Source: Candidatus Micrarchaeota archaeon
GTDB lineage: Archaea; Micrarchaeota; Micrarchaeia; Anstonellales; Bilamarchaeaceae
Assembly (NCBI GenBank): GCA_030648615.1
Contig: JAUSHJ010000045.1
Location: forward strand, 25,071-89,070
Reading direction: 5' to 3'
Length of the DNA stretch: 64,000 nt
Shown here: positions 22,585 through 32,001 of the stretch, piece by piece
Position numbering within the stretch: position 1 is the first letter of the stretch
Layout of the letters: every line of letters starts with the position of its first letter
Notes under the pieces: generated by a model
Told to the model about the DNA's origin: nothing
Database searches by the model: none
What the model saw: the letters and a program-made list of their open reading frames with translations, nothing else
Program-made: the position numbers and the translations under genes

Positions 22585-23208
22585 ATGGAAGTCCTCGTAC
22601 AAAAAGTAAATTCAGTGAAAAGAACTGCAATATCAAAATTAGTAGATCAACGATCGGAAGAATTTGAAGCTGTTTTTGCAGATGATTCCAAAGTATTCTC
22701 AGAATTATGCTTTTGTTTGACTACTGCAAACTCCAGTGCAGAAATGGGAATAAAAGTTCAAAATGCACTTCAAGGAAGATTAGATAAGCTCACTAGAAAA
22801 GAACTTAGTGTTGAACTAAGAAAATTAGGCTATAGATTCTACAATAAGAGAGCAGAGTACATTGACGAAGCAAAGCAGTGGCGTAATATAAAAAATAAAA
22901 TAAAAGAGTTCCAAGGTGAAATTGAATTAAGAGAGTGGCTGGTTGAGAATATTCTTGGTTTCGGATATAAGGAAGCATCTCATTTTCTTAGAAATATAGG
23001 ATTCAAGGAACTTGCAATTTTAGACAGACATGTTTTACGCACAATGCATGAGCATGGAATGATAAAAGAATTACCAAAAACACTTAACAGAAAAAGATAT
23101 TTGGAGTATGAGGGTAAGTTAGAGGAAATTTGTAAAAGAACAAACCTTAATCAGTCACAACTTGACCTTTATCTTTGGTACATGAAGACGGGTAAAGTTT
23201 TGAAATAA
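22585..23208 (+). CDS. ogg: 8-oxoguanine DNA glycosylase/AP lyase
   Basis: FSELCFCLTTANSSA, GYKEASHFLRNIG, AILDRH, LDLYLWYMKTGKVLK. Confidence 0.93.
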   Translation: MEVLVQKVNSVKRTAISKLVDQRSEEFEAVFADDSKVFSELCFCLTTANSSAEMGIKVQNALQGRLDKLTRKELSVELRKLGYRFYNKRAEYIDEAKQWRNIKNKIKEFQGEIELREWLVENILGFGYKEASHFLRNIGFKELAILDRHVLRTMHEHGMIKELPKTLNRKRYLEYEGKLEEICKRTNLNQSQLDLYLWYMKTGKVLK

Positions 23209-23370
23209 TTTATGAAGAAAAACATGTTTTGGGGCGATCTTCAAATACGCAGTATTTGAACGAGCTAGAGAGCGACATTTGCTCTCTGGACAACCGCCCT
23301 TTTGATTAGTTGAGCTAGAGCAATAAAATTGCGGTGTGGTATATGAAAACTGGCAAGATTTTGAAGTGAG

Positions 23371-24369
23371 CTATTCCGCCATCCTAAATCCCTCAGTTTC
23401 TGCCAGCTTGGCATGTGCGTATAATTCATTATATATAGCTTGTAAGGTTGGATTGGACTGAGTAAGTTTTGTCGTTGCATCTCTTAATGTTTCATAAGCT
23501 AACGCTAATTCTGGAGATAATGAAATACCTGCAATGTTTCTGAAGACTGAGTTCTCAACTAGATATCTAGCTACAATTTCACTTACAAATATTGGCGCGT
23601 ATCTATTAAGATATTCTGGTTTTGCCTTAATATTAGCTGCGTCTCTTTGAATATCCTCAGAGAGCACAAATGATTGTTCATCTTGTAAGATCCTCAGTTT
23701 CACTCTTACTTCGGAAATTACTATTCTTAACTCTATTTTAGATTGTTCGTCTTTGGGAATTGCAACTAATACTGGCAACAGATGATTATCTGATAAGAGC
23801 CCTCTAGATTTCATAACATATGTAGAGGCGTCTTCAGTAAATGCATCAAAACCCAAATGATAATCATCTACTACGTGTTTATATTCATGATCGAAATAAA
23901 ATTTCCAGCGCGCAGCCCAAAAATCTACAGCACTTTCTGTAGTATTCCAAGAATGAAGAAGAGCAAGGCAAAAACTTATGGCTCGTTCACCACTATCATT
24001 GATTTCATGACCAACATAGGCCATAGTGTCTATCTCTCCGAGTGAACATTTTTGTTCTGCAATTTTGATAGCTACGGTGTGTACCAAATTCTTTTTCGCA
24101 AGTGATTCTCCTATATTAGTCACTCTGGCCATAATTGCATTTCTTAAATCCGCTGGATACAACTCAAAAAAATTTCCCTTTTTCATATTAGTGAACAGTG
24201 GAGATGGTGTTGATTGTGAAAAGGGCGCATCTTTTTCCTTTTTGGAATTTGCTGGGTCTTCTACTAATGGCGGATTACCAATTAATATAAATGGCACGAC
24301 CAAATTTAAAATTGCTAAACTAATATTATGCCTAAATTTAAACGGTCTTATTTTTGGTTTTCTATTCAT
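23371..24369 (-). CDS. Orphan N-terminally anchored protein with HExxH motif (possible Zn metallopeptidase)
   Basis: Hydrophobic segment near residues 15-32; YFDHEYKHVVD. Confidence 0.55.
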   Translation of the reverse strand: MNRKPKIRPFKFRHNISLAILNLVVPFILIGNPPLVEDPANSKKEKDAPFSQSTPSPLFTNMKKGNFFELYPADLRNAIMARVTNIGESLAKKNLVHTVAIKIAEQKCSLGEIDTMAYVGHEINDSGERAISFCLALLHSWNTTESAVDFWAARWKFYFDHEYKHVVDDYHLGFDAFTEDASTYVMKSRGLLSDNHLLPVLVAIPKDEQSKIELRIVISEVRVKLRILQDEQSFVLSEDIQRDAANIKAKPEYLNRYAPIFVSEIVARYLVENSVFRNIAGISLSPELALAYETLRDATTKLTQSNPTLQAIYNELYAHAKLAETEGFRMAE

Positions 24370-24393
24370 GTGATAATAAGTGTATGAATATAT

Positions 24394-25146
24394 TTAAAAC
24401 TCTTTACCCTCATTCTTTTTCATGTTTGTGCAGAAATAGTTTCCATCTTTTTTATAGAATAATAGACTTGCCTTAGAACAAACTATTTCTCCGTCAATGG
24501 CATTGCTAACTTCAAATGATTTTGGAGTAAGATATGGTATTCTTCTTGCATCTTTTGAATGAACTAAATCTGAAAACACTTCACTTGCTGAAACTAAATC
24601 AATTGCCGCTCTTAATTTTGCATCATCAAACTTCCCAGCAAGAGCGATCTTCATTTTCCTGTCAACACGAACTGCATTCTTGAAACCGAAAGTATGCTGA
24701 AGATTATTTTCAGTGGAGTAGGCATCTTCTGCATTGTCAAAACGCATTAATTCCACAAAATAGTCTGCACCCTGCTCCATAGTTCTTGTTTCTACACGTT
24801 CTGTCCTTGTCACTCCACACTTAATTATAGAATCGCCAAATGCTGCAAGGTAAATACTAAAATTCTGCTTGGACATTTCCTCTTTGATGTGTTCATAGCC
24901 AGTAAAATTAAGTCGAGTATAAACCTTTGAAATGTCCTTGTGCATACAGTAAAAACATTGCTTTGCACCTGCACGATTATATTTGCATTTGTGCCAACCA
25001 TGCTCCGTCTGATAGCCAACACATTTTTTATCAATTGAAAATTCAGCAGTTAAATTTCTTGATAATTCAACATCTTTTAGCTCATCATCTTCCCAGAAAG
25101 TCATTTTTGGAGATGGGGAGGAGTAGAAGTATATAAGATGATTCAT
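24394..25146 (-). CDS. DUF2797-like protein
   Basis: CVGY...C...QCFYC, IYLAAFG..IKCGVT..R...RTMEQGA. Confidence 0.75.
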   Translation of the reverse strand: MNHLIYFYSSPSPKMTFWEDDELKDVELSRNLTAEFSIDKKCVGYQTEHGWHKCKYNRAGAKQCFYCMHKDISKVYTRLNFTGYEHIKEEMSKQNFSIYLAAFGDSIIKCGVTRTERVETRTMEQGADYFVELMRFDNAEDAYSTENNLQHTFGFKNAVRVDRKMKIALAGKFDDAKLRAAIDLVSASEVFSDLVHSKDARRIPYLTPKSFEVSNAIDGEIVCSKASLLFYKKDGNYFCTNMKKNEGKEF

Positions 25147-25253
25147 GCTTCAATAAAACACTTCACAATTAAATGCGTTTCTAAAATTACTAATTTAATC
25201 GCATCACCGAATTGACAGATGATTTTTAACACCTTGCAGTTATTATCATTTTT

Positions 25254-25877
25254 GTGCACACACATACACCGAGACAACGTGTAGTCTATTACAAAGATAA
25301 TACTGGTAGAGTTCATGGAATGGACAAGGAAACATTTTTTAGACACCCTGCACTTTCAGAACGATTAACCTTAGTCTCAATAGAAAATCTCCCTATTAGG
25401 CAACCAGGCTATGATGTAGATGGGAATTGGAGAAGTATAACCGAAACTAAAATAGTCGAACATGTAATTAATGGTGGAACTAGAAAAGGTCACCTGAATT
25501 TCGTTTCATTGACAATGTGTGGAATCCCTGCTTTCGATCTTGAAATAATATCAAAGAAAAAATTTAGAGCCACCAAAATAGTAAAAGCCATATGTGAATT
25601 GTTAAATAGAAAAGATGCAGACATACAAAAAGAAATTGAAAAACATAAAGAAGATTGTGTAATAGGCTCTGATTGTCTTCCATGTAAATCCACTACAGCT
25701 GATTACAAAAATTATCTAATTAAAACTTTAAAGTATATTGAAGAATTAGGAATAGGAAAAATTGACTGGAAAGAGGTAGAAAAAATTATTCCGAATGCAA
25801 GAGCAATGAGGTTTAACTTGGATTTAGATACAAAAGATGGGACATTTTTCATTTATGGTGCAATAGTAGATCAGTAA
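25254..25877 (+). CDS. Hypothetical protein
   Basis: 207 aa ORF, no recognised family. Confidence 0.55.
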   Translation: MHTHTPRQRVVYYKDNTGRVHGMDKETFFRHPALSERLTLVSIENLPIRQPGYDVDGNWRSITETKIVEHVINGGTRKGHLNFVSLTMCGIPAFDLEIISKKKFRATKIVKAICELLNRKDADIQKEIEKHKEDCVIGSDCLPCKSTTADYKNYLIKTLKYIEELGIGKIDWKEVEKIIPNARAMRFNLDLDTKDGTFFIYGAIVDQ

Positions 25878-26686
25878 CTAGATAGACTAATTTTATCTCC
25901 AATTTTTATTTTATGTTTATCGGCAAAATTACCCATATTAACTGCAATTTCAACTCTTCCAAAATCATCATCTAAAATAACTTCTTTTCCTTTTTCTACT
26001 TCACCAAAAGTAAGTGAGTATCTTAATTCAATGATTTCGGTTTTAGTTTTGATTTTTATAATGTCACCAAGTTTAGCAAGTTTATGCATTTCTTCTGCAA
26101 GAACATTTACGAATAAACCCCCGAATTTATTTATGTGAATAATTTCACAGTCTATTTTTCTATTTTCAATTTTCGCATTTTCATACGAAGATTTGGTCAA
26201 TTCACTTGATTTTAGTTCCTTGCCGAATTCATCAATCTTAACTCCGTTCGCAAGATAAGCAGCTGCTGGAATAAAAATATCTCTACCATGAAATACTGGA
26301 GAAACTGGCAATTGCATGTATTTTTCATTAGTTATTTCTACAACTTTTTCTATCCCACCTAAGAACCAGGTTGCTGAAATTAGTACTCCGTTGTCAGGAC
26401 CAATAAGATAATCACCACGCTTTGTTTTGATGATAATTGCTTTTCTTTTTGTACCAACACCTGGGTCAACAACACAAACATGATGACCAATAGGCAAATA
26501 GGCAACTGATTCTAAAATTCTAGCACCTGACCGAATATCAAAACTATCAATATTAGAAGCTAATTCGATTACGTGTGCATCTTCACATATTTTTAATGCA
26601 GTTGCCATTAGCACACCGCTGCCTTTCGTGGAAGGTCCAAAATCAGTAATAAAACTTATGAAAGGACGTTTCATAATAAACCCCAC
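25871..26686 (-). CDS. SAM hydroxide adenosyltransferase / chlorinase-fluorinase family (DUF62)
   Basis: FITDFG, VCVVDPGVGTKR, GPDNGVL, SPVFHGRDIF, EIAVNMG. Confidence 0.92.
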   Translation of the reverse strand: MGFIMKRPFISFITDFGPSTKGSGVLMATALKICEDAHVIELASNIDSFDIRSGARILESVAYLPIGHHVCVVDPGVGTKRKAIIIKTKRGDYLIGPDNGVLISATWFLGGIEKVVEITNEKYMQLPVSPVFHGRDIFIPAAAYLANGVKIDEFGKELKSSELTKSSYENAKIENRKIDCEIIHINKFGGLFVNVLAEEMHKLAKLGDIIKIKTKTEIIELRYSLTFGEVEKGKEVILDDDFGRVEIAVNMGNFADKHKIKIGDKISLSSY

Positions 26687-26687
26687 A

Positions 26688-27788
26688 TTACCTAGTAATG
26701 TCCCCTTCCTTTATCTGTTCCAGATATTCTTTATGTTTAGCAAAATAGTCACGAGAAGGCTTAAGCATATTTACCAATTCACGAGCAACTGCATTCTTAA
26801 GATCCATAGGATGTAATTTTCCTTCTGCGTAGACACTCTTAAGCTCTTCTGCTGTTTCGAACACTATGTCGCCACCAAACTTAGCAGGTCTTTCAATTTT
26901 CAATGGTCGATCACGTAACACTAAATATTCTGCATACTCAACCATTGGATTTCCATCAGAAACTTTCTCAGGACAGTATGCCTTCTTTATTTTTCTCTGA
27001 ATTTCTTCTTCTGAATCATGAACGAATATTGCTGAATCTGGCTTTGATTTACTCATCTTAGCATCTATTAGCTCATCTACTTTTGCATCAACAGTAGTAC
27101 CAGTTTCTACACCAGGAGCATTCATCCTTCCCGGACCCTGTAACCCTGGAAGCAGATGCCCATGTACAGCACAAATCTTCTTCTTGAACTTTGGAGCTAA
27201 CTCATAAGCAAGCATGTGAACTTTTCTCTGATCCATACCTGCATGAGCTATTTGTACATCTAAAAGAAAGATATCTGCTGCCTGCATCGCAGGATAAACA
27301 ACTGCTGAACTTTGTAACGTCTCTGATTCTTTTCTCCCCATAATTGTAACACAGCGAAGCATACGATTCATAGTAGTGTCTTTTGAAATTTTTAGCATGT
27401 CTGCCCAAAACTCAGGATGTTTTTTGTAGGTAGTACTGGCAAGAAGAAAATCTACTTTCTCTTCATCTATACCTGCACTAATTAACGCATGTTTAAAGTA
27501 ACCTTCTCCGATTTTTTGAATTTTATCTAAATCTCCACCGAACTTACCGTTAATCCATGCATGATAATCTGCAAGCCATATAGTAGGCTTAATACCTGCA
27601 GCCAAGAAATCTTTTATCTTTAGGCCAACTGCCAAACCGGAACCGATATGTACCATACCGGATATTTCATAGCCGATGTAGTGTTTAGGGTGAGCGTAAT
27701 TCTCGAATATTTCTCTTAGGTCTTTTTCAGTAACTACTTCTTCAGTAGGTTTTTTCTTAACTAGGTCTATTTTTGTTTCAATGTCCAT
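26688..27788 (-). CDS. tyrS: Tyrosine-tRNA ligase
   Basis: YIGYEISGMVHIGS, YPAMQAADIF, AGMDQRKVH, KMSKS, LHPMDLK. Confidence 0.96.
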   Translation of the reverse strand: MDIETKIDLVKKKPTEEVVTEKDLREIFENYAHPKHYIGYEISGMVHIGSGLAVGLKIKDFLAAGIKPTIWLADYHAWINGKFGGDLDKIQKIGEGYFKHALISAGIDEEKVDFLLASTTYKKHPEFWADMLKISKDTTMNRMLRCVTIMGRKESETLQSSAVVYPAMQAADIFLLDVQIAHAGMDQRKVHMLAYELAPKFKKKICAVHGHLLPGLQGPGRMNAPGVETGTTVDAKVDELIDAKMSKSKPDSAIFVHDSEEEIQRKIKKAYCPEKVSDGNPMVEYAEYLVLRDRPLKIERPAKFGGDIVFETAEELKSVYAEGKLHPMDLKNAVARELVNMLKPSRDYFAKHKEYLEQIKEGDITR

Positions 27789-27884
27789 AGTGATCACGTA
27801 CATGTGCCATAAATAATGAATTTATTAAGGTCGATACCTAATAAAAAGTATAGGATATATTAAAACCCCCGTTTTAAGTTAATA

Positions 27885-28910
27885 ATGCGATCAAAAATAG
27901 CAACAATGATGATTATAATTATGGTGTTTGGTTGTACTTCCTATCAAGATAGTATTGACCAAAATAAGACTTCTGACTTAGTGTTACCTGCAAATGATAT
28001 AACTGACAACGCCAGCGAAAATTATACATTTGAAAGTCCATTTGCGTATATCGAATACAAAAATAAAACTGAATTAAAAGAAATTTATTACAATTTTGAA
28101 AAGAATGGATTTGGTGGATGCAATGCAAAACTATATTTGGACAAAACAGGAAGATTAGAAAAATTACAATTTGTAGATATGCTAGAACCTGGAAAAAATA
28201 AAGAGAATATTTTTGTAAGAACCAGTAATTGTAGCGGCCACAACATTATATTAAGCGGAAATAGAGAAATGATAGCTAGATGGCTAGCAAATGCTCTTGC
28301 TGAAAATTCAGACATAACCGAAGTATATAATAAAAACATAGAGATGACAATAACTGAACTAAACTATTCTGGCAGAATCATGGATATACGAATAGATACA
28401 CCTCGCCAAAATAATATTTCCGGGTATCCCGTAAAGAGCGTATATGATATAGACGGAATAGGTATAATTTCTTCTGCCAGAATTGCTTTGAGTGAATATA
28501 ATGGCACAAAATATTATTGGATCACAATTAGTAGAAGTTATTATCCTGAACCAAAGATAAAGATAAAACCAAAGATAGAACTTAAGGAAGCAAAGGAAAA
28601 ACTAGTGGAAAATTATAATAAAAAAGCAGAGGAATGCAAAAAAGAATATTCTAGTGCAAGTTCAGAATCAGCACCAAAACCTAACTGCAGTTTTATAAAT
28701 AGAACAATTTTGCTTACGGAAGATGAAGAAAAAAATAGCAGGATGTATCAAAGCTCGTTAGTGGTTATTGCTAGAGAAAACGACCTATTAGAAAGACTAG
28801 AATATAAGTTAGCTTGGAATATGATAATGAAGAGGAATTGCGATAATGATGCGTATGTAGATGCGATGACAGGAGAACTAATAACTATAATTGATCATTG
28901 TGACTATTAA
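27885..28910 (+). CDS. Hypothetical exported lipoprotein-like protein with PepSY-like C-terminus
   Basis: Signal ending VFGC; C-terminal LAW...AYVDAMTGELI. Confidence 0.6.
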   Translation: MRSKIATMMIIIMVFGCTSYQDSIDQNKTSDLVLPANDITDNASENYTFESPFAYIEYKNKTELKEIYYNFEKNGFGGCNAKLYLDKTGRLEKLQFVDMLEPGKNKENIFVRTSNCSGHNIILSGNREMIARWLANALAENSDITEVYNKNIEMTITELNYSGRIMDIRIDTPRQNNISGYPVKSVYDIDGIGIISSARIALSEYNGTKYYWITISRSYYPEPKIKIKPKIELKEAKEKLVENYNKKAEECKKEYSSASSESAPKPNCSFINRTILLTEDEEKNSRMYQSSLVVIARENDLLERLEYKLAWNMIMKRNCDNDAYVDAMTGELITIIDHCDY

Positions 28911-29485
28911 TCGAGTTTCTTCAAATTAGCATACCATTCGGTGCTTTTCATTGTTTTAATTTTGTCCATAAGTTTCTTTGCAGTTGGAGTTTTTAGTCTT
29001 TTCTCAATGCTCACGAGCCACTCTTCCGCTGCAGTGTAGCCAATTTCCAGATACTCCTTAGCTTGCAGTGCCATTTCTAGCAAATCTGCATCCTTGAGAA
29101 TTGTTTTTTCTCGCTCACTAAGATTATAAAGATGATTAACAGACTGTTTTAGTTCATTTGGTAGCATTGCAATCTGCTCTTGTTCAACTTTTGAACCTAA
29201 TACCTCTTGTTTATCGATATATTTTGCAGCTACTTTATTTACATCTAGTATTCTGCATTCGTGTATATCGTGGAATACTGCTGCACTACATATTTTATTT
29301 GCTATACTATCATCTTGACATTCTAGTTTTGCAAGAACAAATGCAACTACTGCTGTACGAAATGAATGTTCAGCAACGCTTTCAGGATCTTTTATACCTG
29401 CAAGCCACCATCCGCTGCGTTTCACTCGTTTAAGAGTACCTGCTTCAAATAGATATTTTGTAATATTTGAGAAATCGTCTTGCAT
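28907..29485 (-). CDS. HD-domain phosphohydrolase (YfbR/HDDC2-like)
   Basis: LKRVKRSGW, PESVAEHSFR, FHDIHE, DADLLE. Confidence 0.9.
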   Translation of the reverse strand: MQDDFSNITKYLFEAGTLKRVKRSGWWLAGIKDPESVAEHSFRTAVVAFVLAKLECQDDSIANKICSAAVFHDIHECRILDVNKVAAKYIDKQEVLGSKVEQEQIAMLPNELKQSVNHLYNLSEREKTILKDADLLEMALQAKEYLEIGYTAAEEWLVSIEKRLKTPTAKKLMDKIKTMKSTEWYANLKKLD

Positions 29486-29493
29486 TAGTTCAC

Positions 29494-30039
29494 CTATTCT
29501 TGATATGTCTCAAAAATTAAATCGTTAAACTCATATTCCAACGAATTCTCTTTTAATATTTTATCCATGTCCTCACCGCTTAAAGTTGAACATGTTTCTG
29601 GTATTATAATGTGCTTCACATTTTTATGCTCGAACGAAACAAAAACCCGTTTATTTTTTGCGAGAAGTACTTTTACATTTGGCGTATCAATGGCACGAAG
29701 CAATGCTGTGAGCAAAATCGCCTTATCCATTGGATGTGCTGCCTTTATCTCAACTATTTCTTCAAAACTCATCCAGAAAGGAATCGATAGTTCAAAATTA
29801 TGTATTGACTCGATATAATCTAAAATAAGTGGCAATGCTTGAGAAAAATTAGTTTTATAATCGTAAACAGGCAAACGTGCGATTAATTGATCCTTTAAGT
29901 TTTTAATAAAATCAGTGTAAGGAGAACAACGTTGCCGTAGCTCAGTAATATTCTGCTCTTCCTGTTTTGCGATTAAATCCTTGTACCTACTAACAATCAA
30001 CATGTACAGCTTAAGCTTTGTCTCGGTGTCTATTGACAT
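29494..30039 (-). CDS. Hypothetical protein (possible degenerate transglutaminase-like fold)
   Basis: FW..EE....A..DKAILLTALLRA pattern without catalytic Cys. Confidence 0.55.
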   Translation of the reverse strand: MSIDTETKLKLYMLIVSRYKDLIAKQEEQNITELRQRCSPYTDFIKNLKDQLIARLPVYDYKTNFSQALPLILDYIESIHNFELSIPFWMSFEEIVEIKAAHPMDKAILLTALLRAIDTPNVKVLLAKNKRVFVSFEHKNVKHIIIPETCSTLSGEDMDKILKENSLEYEFNDLIFETYQE

Positions 30040-30063
30040 CTAAGTTATAATAAATAGAAAGGT

Positions 30064-30516
30064 TTAAGGCGATTTTGATTCGTAACCGATGATCTTTTTT
30101 CCTGTTTTTTGTTCTAATTCTGCAAGCATAAGTTTGTAATTATCGAACGAATCGATACGAATCAAAATATGCGACGTATTCATCGTATGTAATGTAAGAT
30201 TCCAGCTAGGATACACACCAAGATAATCATAGAAGCATTCAAATTTCGTGATATCCTTTAAGTTAATTTTTATCTTCTTTTTAGATGTAAACAACCAAAT
30301 CAAATCTGAAGTTATTATTACTCGCACAATTTTGGACAAGAGAGTTAAATAAAATATTGAAGAAACAACGATAAACAAAACGATGAGTGTAACTCCAAGA
30401 TAAATATTTTCACTGACAACCGCGGACAGTATATAAATAAGGATAATGAAGATACCAACATGACAACCTAAAGATAATTGTTCTTCGAAGTCAAAAAGCC
30501 TGCGTTTGTATTCCAT
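30064..30516 (-). CDS. Hypothetical two-TM protein with PH-like C-terminal domain
   Basis: Two hydrophobic helices then beta-rich IKINLKDITKF segment. Confidence 0.55.
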   Translation of the reverse strand: MEYKRRLFDFEEQLSLGCHVGIFIILIYILSAVVSENIYLGVTLIVLFIVVSSIFYLTLLSKIVRVIITSDLIWLFTSKKKIKINLKDITKFECFYDYLGVYPSWNLTLHTMNTSHILIRIDSFDNYKLMLAELEQKTGKKIIGYESKSP

Positions 30517-30549
30517 TCAGCTCACTTCAGTAAACTTCAATTTTGATTA

Positions 30550-30678
30550 CTATTCTGGAAGCGATCTCCAGTTTTTCCTCATTTTATTAACTAGGTTAAT
30601 CATTTCTTCTGTGTCGTTATCGCTCATGAAACTCCAGGCTCCGGCAAACTCCATAAAACTTTTTTTGTTAATTGCCAT
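30550..30678 (-). CDS. 42-aa ORF resembling the C-terminal half of a VapB/DUF217 antitoxin (possible remnant)
   Basis: Manual translation MAINKKSFMEFAGAWSFMSDNDTEEMINLVNKMRKNWRSLPE; start abuts ilvE stop. Confidence 0.5.
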   Translation of the reverse strand: MAINKKSFMEFAGAWSFMSDNDTEEMINLVNKMRKNWRSLPE

Positions 30679-31602
30679 TCATCTCACATACTCGAGCCAT
30701 TTTTCGTATCTTGGCTCTTTGCCAGTAACAATACCACGAAACTTTTTCTGTAAAGCAGCAGTAATAGGGCCTTTCTTTCCTTTTCCGATGGTTACATCAT
30801 CCACTCTGCTAATAAAATTTATTTCTGAAGCAGTGCCAGTCATAAATACTTCATCTGCAGTATATAACTCATCCCTTAGAACAGATTTCTCTTCTACAAC
30901 GTAACCAAGGTCTTTTGCCATTTCAATCACCGATTCTCGTGTAACTCCACCAAGGACACTATCATAAAATGGAGGTGTAATTAACTTACCTTTTCTTGCA
31001 AGAAAGATATTTTCCCCAGTTCCTTCGCTTACATGACCCTCGTCAGTAAGCATGATTGCTTCATCAAACCCTTCCCTTTCTGCTTCTGCTTTTGCTAGGA
31101 CGGAATTCATATAATTAGCACTTGCTTTAACATGTGGAGATAGTTGATTAACTGAAATCCTATGCCAACTTGAGATACAACAATGTAAACCACGTTCAGC
31201 TTTTTTAGGATCAAAATAATGATCAAAACGTACTGGAGCTATGGCAACCTTTACAGGAACATCTTTCATACTTAGACCCATAGTTTTGTAACCAAGATAA
31301 ATTATTGGTCTTATGTAACAATGATCAACTTTGTTTACCTTGATTACTTGAAAAACAGCTTTTCTAAATTGTTCTTGTGAATACGGAATTTCAAAATGAT
31401 ATGACTTTGCGCCTCGGTATAATCTTGCGATATGATCTTTAAGTCTGAATACGGCTGGACCTTTTTTCGTAGAGTAACACCTCAGACCTTCGAATATTGC
31501 TGTACCATAATGCAACGCGTGGGTAAGCACGTGCACCTGTGCTTTTTTCCATGGAACTAATTTTCCGTCCATCCAAATTTTTTTGAGTTCTATTCCTGCC
31601 AT
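30679..31602 (-). CDS. ilvE: Branched-chain amino acid aminotransferase
   Basis: HALHYGTAIFEG, KASANY, SEGTGENIF, DEVFMTGTASE. Confidence 0.96.
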   Translation of the reverse strand: MAGIELKKIWMDGKLVPWKKAQVHVLTHALHYGTAIFEGLRCYSTKKGPAVFRLKDHIARLYRGAKSYHFEIPYSQEQFRKAVFQVIKVNKVDHCYIRPIIYLGYKTMGLSMKDVPVKVAIAPVRFDHYFDPKKAERGLHCCISSWHRISVNQLSPHVKASANYMNSVLAKAEAEREGFDEAIMLTDEGHVSEGTGENIFLARKGKLITPPFYDSVLGGVTRESVIEMAKDLGYVVEEKSVLRDELYTADEVFMTGTASEINFISRVDDVTIGKGKKGPITAALQKKFRGIVTGKEPRYEKWLEYVR

Positions 31603-31711
31603 GATAAAGAGTAGAGGTTAAGGATTAAATAGATTTTGACAACTAAAATAAAGGGAAAATAAAAAAAATAGAAAATCAAGACTCGAAATATCTAAACACT
31701 AAAATCGAATC

Positions 31712-31864
31712 TCAAAATAGCGGGAATACTACACTAGTAAGGAATGCTACGAGTACAACGACTATCACAGTCATAAGAATGTAGTCATCGTTGTGAAACC
31801 AATGGTCCTTACCGGATGCAAATCCGCCTGATTTTTTCTGGGTTTTTGATTTTTTGGTCGCCAT
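31712..31864 (-). CDS. 50-aa tail-anchored membrane protein
   Basis: Manual translation MATKKSKTQKKSGGFASGKDHWFHNDDYILMTVIVVVLVAFLTSVVFPLF; TTTATAAA about 25 bp upstream. Confidence 0.65.
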   Translation of the reverse strand: MATKKSKTQKKSGGFASGKDHWFHNDDYILMTVIVVVLVAFLTSVVFPLF

Positions 31865-32001
31865 GATAATATATACGACGTGGATATTTATAAAGTTAAC
31901 GCTGAAGAAGCAAGTTTAACATAGAGAAATAATGTGACGCTGCTTTTTAAAATATTCGAATATAAATGTTATAAAAGATAAGAATATAAGTAGGTGAGAT
32001 C

